Assembly (NCBI GenBank): GCA_965644265.1
Contig: OZ286473.1
Coordinates: forward strand, 64,666,001-64,730,000
DNA: 64,000 nucleotides
Direction of reading: 5' to 3'
Source of the DNA: Glycera tridactyla
Lineage: Eukaryota
The position numbers were made by a program, and so were the translations under genes. Position 1 is the first letter of the stretch. Every line of letters starts with the position of its first letter. Of this stretch, positions 10,500 through 23,800 are shown piece by piece. The notes below the pieces were generated by a model, which had not been told where the DNA came from, ran no database searches, and saw only the letters and a program-made list of their open reading frames with translations.

Positions 10500-12380
10500 C
10501 TGCTGTGCAATGCCCATCTTGAACCCTTCCATCGATGGCGACCTTCTCACTTGAAGATCCAGGCAGTTGTACTCCACGATTGTAGGTGTGAAGAATTATT
10601 GTCGATACTACTCACTTGTACATCATATTTGGACAAGCTGTCTTGTGACTTCTAGTCGGGTGTTGCTCTCCGCATCTTGTGGATGGCACGATGGCAGTAT
10701 ACAGACTAGGTTGTTGAGCAGATTGTACATGGTTGCCAGATGTGAACTGTTATGTCTCTCCTCCCAATGAGGGCCAGCCAAGTTCGCTCATCATGGTAGA
10801 TATGCTGCCCTGCTTCTCACTGGTACATCTATGGGGCTTGTCACATACCAGCATCCTTGCTGCCGATCACTGTACCTTTTTGAGTATGGGGATGTTTCCC
10901 TTTCTATGAGGGTCCCAGACTGCACAGGCATACTCAAAGGTTGGCCTCACTAAGGTGGTGTAAGCCCTGGCCTCGATCTCTTCGCGACATTTTCACAGCT
11001 TGCCTCTGCATGAGAAATCCCAACATCCAATGTTTACATGCAACCACAGATTCAATGTGTTGGTTACATTCCATGTCTGAGCTCAGCAGACCACCCAGGT
11101 AAAGGCTCTGATCAACACATGTGAGTTTGCAACCATACATGTGATATTTATGGCTTGTTGGTGAACGTCTTGTTGATGTGACGTGCATCATATAGCACTT
11201 CTTTACATTGAATCTCATCAGCCATTTTGAAGCCCAAGATGTTATTTAGTCAAGGTCATATTGGAGTTTGATCCGGTCCTCCCCAGGCTCTATCACATGG
11301 TAAATGAGACAATCATCAGCAAACAGCCGTAGTTTAGATTTGATCCCATCAACAGATGTCATTTATGAAGACCAAGAACAAAATTTGGTCAAGAACAGAC
11401 CCCTGGGGCACTCCCGACGCGACATCAGCAAAATCAGACGCCTGTCCATCCAGCACGATTTGGCCTTCTAGCCACTTCTTGATCCATTTCCTCACATCCT
11501 CTCGGATTCCATGATACTTGAGCTTGATCATCAATTTGGAGTTGGTTGGTTGGTTCTGGTATAACGTCACATCAGCACCATCTGGGTATATTGTGACGCC
11601 CATGCAATGGGCGTGGTGGGATCTTCCAAGACTCCTCCTGGGTCCCAAACGGAAGGTGGAACTTTACGAAATTCACACACATCAGTGTGGCACAACATCG
11701 AGCTTTTGAAATGTCCAGAATGGACATGTCCACCTGCTTTCTTTTGTCGATGGCTGAGAGTAGCTGCGTTTTGAATAAGAGCTTTGATCTGTAGCCATGT
11801 TGCAGGTCTGTAAGGATATTACTCGATTCTAGATATTCAATGCTGTTTCTTGCAAGAATATGTTTCAGAATCTTTCCCAATATAGCTGCAAATGAAACTG
11901 GCCTATAGTTTACTGCCTGACTGCGTTCCCAATTCTTGTATATTGAGGTTACATTTGCTGTTCTCCAGTCCTCTGGAACGATGCGCTGTTAGTGTATGTT
12001 GATACAAATGTGTTAGGACAGGTGCTAGATATGCTACACGTGTCTTCAGCAGCCGAGCAGCTGCTTTGGATGGCTCGAGGTTTTTCTAAGAGTTTCGGAA
12101 CACCTCTATTCCTGATGATGATGTCTTGCATGGAGAGACCTCTTGGGGCATCCATTTCTGCCAGTCTGCTCGTGTCTTCTTTTGTGAAATTGGTCTGAAT
12201 TGTTCAATCAGAATCGTAGCCTTCTCCTTGGTCGTCGATCCAATGGTACCATTTGATATCAGAATCCCAACACCAAAGTTGTCATTATTTGGAGACTTGA
12301 CAAAGCAATAAAACTTCTTCCCATTGTCATGATTTTCAGGGTCGATCAGAGATGCTGCCCTGGTGATGGCTGGATACATT
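10500..12380 (-). pseudogene. Decayed, 5'-truncated CR1-type LINE ORF2 (RT and C-terminal region)
   Basis: Minus-strand fragments KKFYCFVKS, ILTDLQHGYRS, LDISKA, VASGVPQGSVLDQILFLVFIND, RLFADDCLIY, MRFNVKKC, RPTFEYACAVWDPH, ELGWPSL; many frameshifts and stops. Confidence 0.85.
11540..11690 (-). mobile_element. Family A SINE fragment inserted into the CR1 RT
   Basis: Family A core with (GTTG)n tail splits the RT between the AFDVVPH-like segment and SKLMIKLKYHG. Confidence 0.7.
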
Positions 12381-13044
12381 AGTCAATGCATTGAAACATA
12401 TACATGCCAAGTTAGGCGCCAAGTTGCTGAGCAAAGGCACCTCGACATGTGGACTCAATGGGCAACCGCAAGGTTAAAATGTCATCTACAGTGTCACCCT
12501 GCAAATATGGGATTGATTTACATGATAGAATTTCTGTAGTTCAATTATTTTTGGCTGATGTGTTGATCAGTGACCAAGGGATCAGTTCACTTGGCCAGAA
12601 TTCCTGTAAAATCCATTGCTCACAACTCCTAATCACAGTTTGTTGCTTGGTTTGTTTCTTTGGTTTTGATGTCCTTTCAAGCATACTGAGCTATATCAGA
12701 CTAAAAATAATAAAGAATGAATCACTGCAATCCTCTACTCTGTAAAGCACAGAAGTGGTTCTTCGGAGTGCATAGGAGAACAAGGCTCCCATACACACAG
12801 CCAGCCTTTGATACCCCAGTCGACATGCACTGGATTTAGGGATCACAGACCAACATCTCTTTATGAATCCATCCCAACAGATATGATACTAAGACATCCA
12901 GTGGATAAGTCTCAATTTATTTGTTCAAATATTTACATCAAGTTTGACATATTTACAAATAATTGTACAGCGCCCTCATATACACAATATTGGTTTTAAT
13001 TCAATCTGGTTCCCAGTGGCGAGAATTGAAGACAAGAGTTATTA

Positions 13045-15200
13045 TTGTTTGTTTGTTTGTTTGAGGTTTAACGGCATGTATCACCCCACAGGATTATTTA
13101 TGCCGTGTGTTCCTGGTTAATGAAAGCTAGATGTTCTCTCCCCTGCAGATATCACTCACAAACCCTGAACACAAGTTGATGGGGAACCTGAAAGGTTGTC
13201 AAGTGCTGACAGTTCAGACACACCTGTACCTAATCTGAACATATACATAATAAACCTAGGATGGCATATCTAACTACATGTATATAGCTGGCTGGAAGCT
13301 AACACCCAAGCCTGATAGCAATGCATTTTTTTTTTCAAAGTGCAGCACTTGACACATGGAGGGCCAAAAGTGCAATTCAAACAACCATTTGGTTCATCCT
13401 GTGATTACTCATCATCTTGTGGATGCTAGCTGAGTTATTATGAGATGCCCATGCGATTGGCATGGGTGGGATCAGACAGACTTGGAGTCACCAATGGAAG
13501 GTGAAATAATATGAAAATCACAAACACTCAAAAGTGTCATTTCAGAGATTGATGGTTTGGTTTTGTTTGCTTGTGGTTTAACGGCATGTCTCCCCTGCAG
13601 GCATCATCACTCTCACAAACCCTGAATACAAGATGATGGGTAACCATAAAGTTTGTCATGTTGAAGTAGCCAACAATTCTGACAAACCTTTACCAATCTC
13701 AAACAAATATATCAAACCTAATGATGGAATATCTAACTATGTATCTGACACTCAAGCCTGATAGCAATGATATCCTTCTAAGCAAGGCACAGCACTTAAA
13801 ACAGGGAAAAGCATAAGGTTCTAAGTATCAGCCATAAGAGACCACCTTACTGACTTCGACCAAACTCACTTATAAGGTGCTTCACTGCAGAAAAATAAAG
13901 AGGTCTGGTAAAGCAATCTCATTCATCATGAGATACGATGAGCACCTGTTGTATAATCTTGATCCCAATGAGATGATAGAAATCAAGGACCACTGAATTA
14001 CCTGTATTAGCTATTTTGTAGACTGAATCACTAACACACTTGATTTGAACACCATAAAAGAGGAATATGAAACATGAAAAATATGCCGCCTATAATGTTT
14101 TCGTCTACCTTGATATATAAGATGCATAGTTTTGAAAATATTTTTAAGATGATTTGTGCATGAATTTGTGTGTATGAGAGGCAGATTGTGCTTACATACA
14201 TGCAAAACAATTACTGGCTCTTTAGACAATTTACTGTGAATAGTGCAGGAATTTATCCCAATGGAACAAAAGCTTCATTGCTGAGTTATACTGAGCATGT
14301 ATCGAACAAATCGATCAGAATATGAAATAGCTGAGACATTGAGACAGATTGAACATGACTCTGCAAGAGTGACATTCACAGAGTGACATCTACAGTCTGA
14401 AATCTCAACCAATCTCTTTGCTCCATGCCACAAGATGGCTGTACTTGCCAAACAGCACCACCTAGTGCTATTCTGACTGCATCAACTCTGCATCTATGAG
14501 ATGGGAATTCACAAAATTGATTGATTGAAGATCGGTTTGAGCTGTATGCCATGTGTTCCTGATTTACGAAAGCTGGATATCCTGCCCCCTGCAAACATCA
14601 CTCACAGAAATCAAGAAGACATGATTATTTGTTTGTTTATTTGAGGTTTAACTGTGCATCAGCCCACAGGATTATTATATAGAATGTCCTGAGTGCCGCG
14701 TACGTAGAGAGCGTACACGTCGAGTTGTGGGGCCCCGGGGACGCCCGAGTGGCCGGAGGCCACGAGTGCTTCCCCCAGCCCCACTACAAGACTTAACTTA
14801 ACCTTTGCCGTGAAGCGACACAATTTGAACGCGCGACGCTGCCAGCGTGAAAGCAGTCTTGTGTCAGAGGTGGTCTCTCGTCAGGGTCTCTCAGAGTTCA
14901 CTGTATCTTTTCTTTGTTTGTTTGAGGCTTAACAGCATGTATCAACCCACAGGATTATGTATGCCGTATGTTCCTGGTTAATGAAAGCTAGATGGTCTCT
15001 CCCCTGCAGACATCACTCTCACAGGCCCTGAACACAAGATGATGGGGAACCTGAAAGGTTGTCAAGTGGAAGTAGCTGATGCTTCAGACACACCTCTACC
15101 AACTCTACAAAAAAGACATATTGAACCTGATGATGGCATATCTAACTATGTAACTGTCTGGAAGCTAACACTCAAGCCTGATAGCTATGCTTTTTTCAAC
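13045..15200 (-). mobile_element. Cluster of SINE-like family B copies (~13045-13330, ~13558-13790, partial ~14625-14680, ~14914-15200)
   Basis: Repeated ~290-bp unit (GTTT)nGAGGTTTAACGGCATGTATC...GAAAGCTAGATG...CCTGAACACAAG...CTGATAGC; B-box-like GGTTCAAAT on the minus strand in the 15.1-kb copy. Confidence 0.65.
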
Positions 15201-16574
15201 GCAAAGCGCTAGGTTCGGAGAATACTCAAACAATGTCTTCGATTACGAACTGTCAATTTCAAACCAGCTTTACAATCATGGCTTGCCCTATGCTCGCAGT
15301 ACAATGCCATCACACAACCTAGAAAACCTAGTCACAGCCCTAGTAACCCAGAACTGGTGTGCCTGGTACCCGCGTTTTGCATAGTGACAAGATCTGCTAC
15401 AGGCGAACCATCAGCCACCTACACCTGAGACAATATCACTGAAGAAATAAGAAATAGCTTAGAAGGATGAGAAAGAGGTCAAGAAACAGAAATCTGGTGA
15501 TGGTGCAATTTTGGTAGAAAATGCCTAAAGATAGATGATAGAAAATTTTGAAGGTATGTTTTCATTCAACCCCCCATTCCAAAAGATATTGAGAAGAAGA
15601 GAAGGGATGATGCTACACTTAGGCCACATCATCCCCGTTGGCAACTTTATCCCATGATGTAACAAAATTTACCAGATTATCGACAGCGTGCCTATAGACA
15701 TAGGGGAGTGGATGCCTGGCTTGCATAGATTTCTTTGATGAAGAGTAACCCCAAATCAAATGCAAAGCAATGGTGTCAATTGATAATTCCGTGGTGGGAG
15801 ATAATATCAAAATGAGAGATTGGAAGTTTTGGTTCACTATATCTGGATTTGTGGGTAATGCTACCATGAAAATCCCAGATTTGAAGGTAGCGGTGCCAAA
15901 TACCCACCAGGGTTGCATCCAGGATTTTCAGAATTGGGGGCCTTTGCCTCCTAAACATTGAGAATTAGGGGCATTTCGAAACAGTCATTCAAAATGGGTT
16001 CACTCAATATACAGTAATGCAACCCTCTTGCTGATTCACGGAGGTTAGTGGCCCCTGATTGCCTTGAAAAGGGGCCAACACTCGTAGAAAAGTGTGAATT
16101 GCCCCATGCTCCCCACTGGATGCAACTCTGAATTCCCTCTGTAAACCAACTATATTGAGAGATTGGGCTGCTTTTTGGTAATCATTCACTACATTGTACT
16201 ACCATCGGTGAAAAAGGTTATTGTTTGTCCACAGTGGGGGTGAGAAATCATGAATTGTTTTCATTCTTTGTGGCTGATCTGTGGATCCTTGTCATGAAGC
16301 TCCCACTGACCCAGGGTTGTCTTCTTTACAACCCACCTTGTGTTGCATAGCTCATGCTAGTTCCATCTTTAATCTTTGACTGCTTGAGACATTTCTAGAT
16401 GTACAGCCAGTTTTGCATAGGATGTGTTCTATGTGACATATAATATGAGAGCCAACTTCCTTAAACAATATGTGTCTTCACAATAGGAGTATAGTATGCT
16501 GTATTCTAGATTTGTCTTGGGGGGGGGGGAATTAGGTGGTGGCTAACATGTTAACATGCTAACATGGGAGCCTG

Positions 16575-17030
16575 CATTGACCTTGACCTAATTTTTGAGA
16601 CATAGTTCCGTGAGGTCATGACCTAGTTTCCAAAGATAGTTTCCACAGATCGGGGGATGGTTCCTATAGTTCTAAGATGGCTGACGAATTTCATTGATTG
16701 GAATTTGGAATATTTCAATGTGGAAAACGTCATGACTGCATTGGATTTATTGTCATTAGGCAATATTTAGTGCCACATTCATATTTTGTTACTTTACTTT
16801 CACTGATTTTGTGCATCATTTGACAGTGCAATCAGCCTGCCCCCAGTGGTGGCGCTTAGAACCAGTGATCATATTTCGACACAAGCGTTCGAGGCAAAAT
16901 TTACCATCTCATTAATACGCATGCTCATAGCACAGCTAATGTCTTCACCACAGGTCGACTTTAGATAGTAGCTCGAACCCGGCCCAGGTCACAACTTCAA
17001 GAAGCTAGGTCACAAAAATTAGGTCAATGT
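16575..17030. mobile_element. MITE-like element with imperfect terminal inverted repeats
   Basis: TTGACCTAATTTTTGAGACATAG near 16580 mirrors CTAGGTCACAAAAATTAGGTCAA near 17005-17030. Confidence 0.5.
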
Positions 17031-17209
17031 CACCCCTTCCGACCTGGAATAAAACATGCAATACTACAACTGCCTACAAAGACCACCATTGGTTGAATCA
17101 GGAGGTGGTCTTTCTAGATATGTGGCCTTTGTAGTACTCACTGTCTATTGTCCAATGAAAATCATGACCACAATAATTTCCCAAGCAGTTTTTCACTCAG
17201 AGAAGGCTT

Positions 17210-17813
17210 TCAATAGTCCAGCTCTGGAAATGAATGATGGGTTGTGAAGGGTGAGAATGGAATCTGTGGTGAGAACGTTGTGGAAGGGTATTCTAGGTGT
17301 AGTGGTCGCAATGGGTGCTGATACGAGGGGCGCGGGAACTCATGCGGATTGTACATCGGCGCTGGCGCTTGGAACTCGGGTTGTACATTCGGGGTTTGAT
17401 AACTGGAGGTTCGCGGCGGCACCTGACTTCCAGCGACCTGTGCTTGAAGATTTGTAAAACCCGTCGTCGACGTCACCTCCAATGGTGTGTCTTCGCTGGC
17501 TGCTTTTGGCTGTGACGTTGGTTGCTGATGCGGTTGGTGTGGTGAATGGATCTGCTGAGACGGTTGGTGCTGTTGTTGGTGCTGTTGTTGTTGCTGTTGT
17601 GGCAGGTCTTTTGGTGGTGTGGCTGCGGGTGCTGTCACATGTGTCAGCGCAGGTATTGGTGCTGATGGGGTTGTTGCGGTAGGAGAATGTAACTCTTCCA
17701 TAGGAGGTGACCTCTGGTGTGGAGGAGGCAGTGGTATGTCGTAACTCACAACTTTCCGTGGCCGACCTCTTTTCCGTTTGCCTGGTATGCCATCAATGTT
17801 ACTGGATGCAGAC
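17210..17813 (-). CDS. Last coding exon: AT-hook and Q/P/H-rich region
   Basis: Acceptor ATTTTAG, phase 2; SASSNIDGIPGKRKRGRPRKVVSYDIPLPPP...QQQQQQHQQQHQ...FPELDY*; stop at 17210-17212. Confidence 0.8.
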
Positions 17814-20800
17814 CTAAAATTTCAATAAATAACCTACATTTCAGCAATGCGACTCACAAAAAACAAGTACACGAGGACTGTGATGATACCACCCTAGAGG
17901 TATATTCAACTATGTTAAAAAAGGACCTTGCTCGTCTCAAGTGCTCACCCATCAGAGGAGAGACCAGTCACCACCCTAGATGTGACCAAAAAGAGATGTT
18001 CTATCATCAGAGGTACCGTATAATTGACATAGTCAAATAGGGATGCAGCCACCATGAGAGTAGTCTCCCATCAGAGTTGTTTCTCATCAAGGGTCCGTCA
18101 GTGCAGGTTTCACTATGTCATTCTAGCAGGGAGAACACCAAAGATGCATTAGCCTGTAGCTGAAGAAAGGAAGCTTCTACAATAAACTTTTAACACTGTG
18201 AGTATCGTGAACCTTACCTACTCAATGAGAATATACATATTAACCCACATCGGAGCTAATTTTCAAACAAATTGTAATTTCGGCAAAATTTGATGACTTC
18301 CTTTTGGCCCATTGGGGGTATTGGATTTTCACTTCCGGATAGGGCCTAGTGTCAGTTACGGATGGCTAATAATTACTAACACATGATATGCCAATCACTT
18401 GTGAAAGGTATTACAAATCCACAGCTGAGATAGAGGGCATGTAGCTTTGTAGAAATTATCAATAACCAGTCACACAGAAACTCTCAGGTGAAATTCATCA
18501 ACTTGTCAAGGCTGATGGTCAACTTCCAAGGGATCAACCAAATCTAGTACTTTCAAAAACTTTCGCAGGACTTTATAGCGATTTTGAAATGTGATGGAAT
18601 TCTCAAGAGGTCGGTCCGAATTCAAATTGAATCATACCTAATCATAGCTCTTGAGAATACTAGCGATACCCTACAACTATTCCAAGACACATTCAATGCA
18701 TGGGGTCTCCCATTTGATTTGATCATTGTTGTAAGAGGGGGAAGAGAAATGTAATTGTACAAACCCTGTTTTCAAATCAATGGGAGGATCTGCCTGGCTG
18801 ATTTGTGACCTATAATTCAAGAATGTATGAACTCTTTATTGTATACAGTATTACAATATTTCTGACTACATACAAAAACTTCAGAGTAGTTCACTGTCAA
18901 CTGACATCATTTCATGGATTTAACAACAGTCAGACTTCATGTTCACAGTAATGCCAGTCCCATATGCTTCCTTTAGGATGATGATCATTGTTTTCAACAG
19001 ATTTCAAAAGATCGGTGAAACGAATAAGTAAAAATAGACATTCTTGGTGATGCAAAATGCACAGGAATGAGACCGACAATTTTCCCAACAACCTAGAATT
19101 GCCTAGGGAAGGTGCAGTTTGTTGTAGAATACATGTATACCTAGTGTATATCTAGTGATGAGTAATAAGGAAGGAATAAAGCTCATCCTCCCTGTTGGAG
19201 TATGGAAAGGGTAAAGCTCTCACCCTGTGCTATTTCCTTATCCTCTATTCGCTACATGGCGTCCACTGGGAAACTCAGCATCAGAAGTCTCATGCTCATC
19301 ACTTGCACAGTTCAAATCAATTCGAAGTTTGATATGGTAAAAACTGAGGCTCTGAATGCAGACGGTCTCTCAACAGAGGCATACTTGACTATGTCAAATG
19401 GGAAAGTTGCCCGGATAAAGCTCTTTCTCATCGTAGGTGGTCTCTCATCAGGGAGTCCCTCATACTGTACATACTGCCTGGTTCAAATTGAAAACTCAAA
19501 TCCAAAGCAGACTGTGTGACCAATAGAGTGAAGATGAGAACAGATGTCATAATTACATTACAGAGCTATATTCTGCCTAACATAGGAATGTTAATGTTAA
19601 CAAAACTTACATTTTCTCTTTTTGCTGGGCTTCCATCTTGGCTCTCATTTCCGATGACATAAGATTGTGGGCCTGAAAAATACAAAGTATTCGGGTCTAA
19701 CATATTTCCTTTGTTCTGAAGGGCCACTTAGAGGTCGGGTGGTCACATTGCTGGACACAGGAATCCCACACTCCCTGGATGCAGCTCCATTCATGTCCTA
19801 TTTCCATGCATTTTCAAACTCATCTCCTAACTTAGATTTCCATGCAAACCCCAACAAATGCTACTTAACAGTAGCTACGATTGAAGACAAGGCAGATGGC
19901 AAACATACTGAATNNNNNNNNNNNNNNNNNNNNNNNNNNNNNNNNNNNNNNNNNNNNNNNNNNNNNNNNNNNNNNNNNNNNNNNNNNNNNNNNNNNNNNN
20001 NNNNNNNNNNNNNNNNNNNNNNNNNNNNNNNNNNNNNNNNNNNNNNNNNNNNNNNNNNNNNNNNNNNNNNNNNNNNNNNAAGAATGAAAAGTTACTCACA
20101 CAAGTGTGATGTTCTGTTGCAGCGTACCAATAGACACTTGTCTTTTAACTAGGTGTCACAAACAAGATTAATAGTGCATACCTGTGTACAACATCTCCAC
20201 CCATCCTGCTTCAATCTTCATGATCTAGTGCCAAAATAATCAGGACAGGGCTTCTTCTATCCTGTATAGAGGTGCGGCATTTGCCATCAAAAACGTGGAA
20301 ATCCGTGGAACAATCTGTTAAACTCACTTTTCGTACACAGAATAGGCAGTGACCATGCTCCCTGTATTACTCCATTGTAGCTCCACTCCAGAGACCTCTA
20401 GTGGTGTGTCCCGATTCCTGTATGTAGCTCCCTCTAGTGGGAGTTGTTGGTATTATCCATTTTTTTATCAACACAATCATATCTCTGCTTGACTGACCTG
20501 TATGCCATGAAGCAGAGAGCGTGCAGGAGCGGACGTCTGTGGTTGATTTGTGACGGTACCAGTCTTGGGATCAGAAGATGCCTTATGCACCACATAGATG
20601 CAGTCAGATCGAGGCTGAGGCGCACCTACGGGGCTGGTCATATTCACCGGATCTTTCGTTGGTGAACTTTCCTGGAAAAAGATATTGAAGAGTGAGTTTG
20701 CTTCCAGATTCCTGCTCAACCACTTACCTCTGGTGAGTCCAAAACAGGCTAGGCTAACCAATTACCCATTCAGGGAATCTATAATGTCACAAAACATCAG

Positions 20801-23800
20801 CAGGGCTCTACATCAGGGCTCTACATTGGCCAGAGTATTCAGGAGCCCGCTGGCTATTAAGTTGAAATTTTTGGTAGCCACTGCAAAATGTTGGTAGCTA
20901 GTTAATACATCACCAATTACAACCTCTCAAAATTTTCGGGGCAGCTGGCTCCTAACTTTTGAAATATGGTAGCCAGGGGGTAAATTTGTAAGCCATTTGC
21001 TACCCACAGGTAGCAACATAGAGCCCTGTACATAGCACCTTGAGTTTTCACAACCTCTGCTATTGGCCACCATGGAAGGGGCTGAAGCCTTTTTCACTTG
21101 GCTAGGATGTCATCTTCTAGAATAAGTCATGCAAACACGGGAAATCAGTGCTTCATGGGATTTGGAGGCTGAAAAATACACCTATGACATGTCAAGAACT
21201 CAATATACCAGTTTGGAAGGGAAAATATGGTGAAATTGGTATACATGTGTTCTCTTGAGCAGGTTTGTCTGTAATGTTCCAGTGCTAATACAAACTGTCT
21301 AAGTTTACAACGTTCTGAAGCCGACATACTTTTGAGCTCCTATTGGTTGATTGTACATCCTCTTCCTGATCACCCTCCGAGGGTGCGATACTCGATGCGC
21401 TCGGACTAACCAGGCCACTCGAACTTATCAAACCACTAGAATGTGCGGCTGAAACACATAATTCATACTGGTTAAGAATATTTGTAAAATTTACTCACTC
21501 AACAATGGCAAACTCTAATGTTCGCTATCAAACATGAATGTAAAAGTTTGGATTATAGCTTGAGCAATGCCATAATCTTCCAGACTGCAACTGTCATTTC
21601 TTGTTATGAATTCAACTTTTATCGTGTGCAGGGTACCGACTAGTGCTCCGACGATTCCCCGATTATATTGATTATTGCATCATTGAGAGGTCCGATTCGA
21701 TTAATCGATCATGAAAATTGGTGATCGATCAAAATAGTCATGACTTTTTCGTACTTCTATGGAATAACTTTAGATGATCTCATTAATCAGCATCGTGGGA
21801 ACATGCAAATGTTAGGCAGAAATCTCACCAAGCTCACAAATTACAAGAAAAACGAATATAGAAGTGTATTGGTCAGTAGAGGCACAGGATGCAAGTTAGT
21901 ACCCATATCTAAGGGTAAAAACCTTCTTAACAAATCATCAAACTTATGATTTCATAGCAAATCTTGAGCATTGTGAGGACAGCCAAGTGAGTCTTAACTC
22001 TGATTATTTAATCGATAATCAATCGCTGGCAAGTCCGATTAATCGATCATCATTTTTGCAACCGAATACGAGCACTAGTACCAACCTCCTAGCCTTTGTA
22101 AGGGCAGGTAGACAGACATATAAGTGCCGAGCTAGCCATAATGCTACAAAATAGCAGCTGCAGTAGTTTGTGTGGATCAGGGCATAAGAATACTGGCCAC
22201 TACACAGACTGAGCAGTCAGTGTCATGCAGAAGATCCAGGTTCAAATCCACATCAAGAAATTAGATGGTTTCAACGAGTGTAATCTGTATCATGAAATAT
22301 AGTTTCATTCTAATCGATTCCCATTGCATGGAAATTTCACATATGATTCACTGAGATAGAGCAGAGGAATGGCAAGTTCTGATGGACAATAGTAGTGGTG
22401 CCAATTTCAAAGAATAGCAGTGCTAGTATTTGCAGTGAAATAATGATGAAAATGTTGATTTTGAATAATGGCAACACTCACAAAAAAATCAGAGCTTCAG
22501 ATTTTCTGACAGGTTAGGGGGCCCATATGGCCCATGAATCAGAAATACAATGGGCCATAATGCAAGATGGTGGGCCATCTCATATTTTTCAATAGTAAAT
22601 AGGGGGAAAAAAGCTGGGCTACTGGGCCTATGAAAGGCAAAGTCAATGGGTCAAATTGGCCAAAATTGGGGCCGAGGGCCGAGGGCCAAGGGGGCAGAGG
22701 GCCCAGGCCCACCAACAATCTGAAGCTCTGCAAATTATACAAATTTTGGCCTGAGAAGAGTGGTCCAATACAATGTATCATTATCATTCGCATCTCAGTG
22801 TAGAGTTCATAAAATGAGACAATTTCCGGCGTAAACTTACGTGGGATAATTTGAGGAGCCAGAGACTGCTCCTTATTCATCACTTTACTGATGTTGACAT
22901 TCATCGGGATGTTTTCATCAACGGTGATTTTCAGCATTCCCTCGACGGTGAATCGGCGCTTGTAGAAGAGATGACTATCACAGAGGTACATGATGGAGTT
23001 CTGCAGAAGTTCGCCGATGTTGTGCTTCACACGATTCGTATCGATGCGCGACATGCCTGAACTGTTCAAACATAGAAAATAACTCGAAGTCACTTCCATT
23101 CACCTACTGCTGCAATAATTATGATCCCATTTCATTTGAAAGAGAGATGGCAAAAGCTACCAAAAATATCAAACTAGAGGCCAGTTGCTCCCAAATACGT
23201 TGGCCAAAGTAGAGCACTGTAGCCCCATTTCTTCATTTTCTTTCTTTTACTGCACGATCAACTATTAGCAATTCTTCACTACTGTCTTCCACAACCCTTG
23301 ATTTCTGAGATCTCCTTCATTCTGACAAGCCCCCCACACTGAATTTTTATTTGTTTGGCCTTTATTGCCAGCCATTTAGTCAGGGGCTATTCATCCATCA
23401 GGCTCGATAGAACTTGGCAAAATTAGATAAAAGAAATCAGACCAAAAGAAAAGATGAAGCAATATTTTCTCATGTGACTCATACAGTCATGAAACATAGC
23501 CTTCACTGAAGGCGGACCTCGCCTTGGCGAAGCCACACAACACGCCGCATCAAGAAAGGCATTTATATCTAAAGTTTACACAAACAAAACAGTGCTGCTT
23601 CTTTGATGGGTGCATACAGTTCCTGATTGCATAGGAAGACCCAATACATAATTATGCATGGAAAGGTACCTTTCCTCAAAAAATCTTTAAAAAAAAGTAA
23701 ATTTCTCTAAAATAATAGTACAGGGCCCTACACTAGTGGTTGCCCTACTGGCACAGGCAGGTGCTTTTATCAATCTGCCTGCCCGATGGACAAGTACCCA

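Noticed and set aside
15200-16500. Short ORFs and coding-like patches downstream of the THAP gene
   Set aside because: No motif or consistent splice pattern; interrupted by a MITE-like piece.
19667-20152. ORFs spanning N runs (also 46330-46572)
   Set aside because: Artefacts of assembly gaps.
22539-22840. C-terminal part of the 186-aa ORF
   Set aside because: Lies past a strong GTAAGT donor at 22840 and runs through intron and GGGCC-rich repeat.
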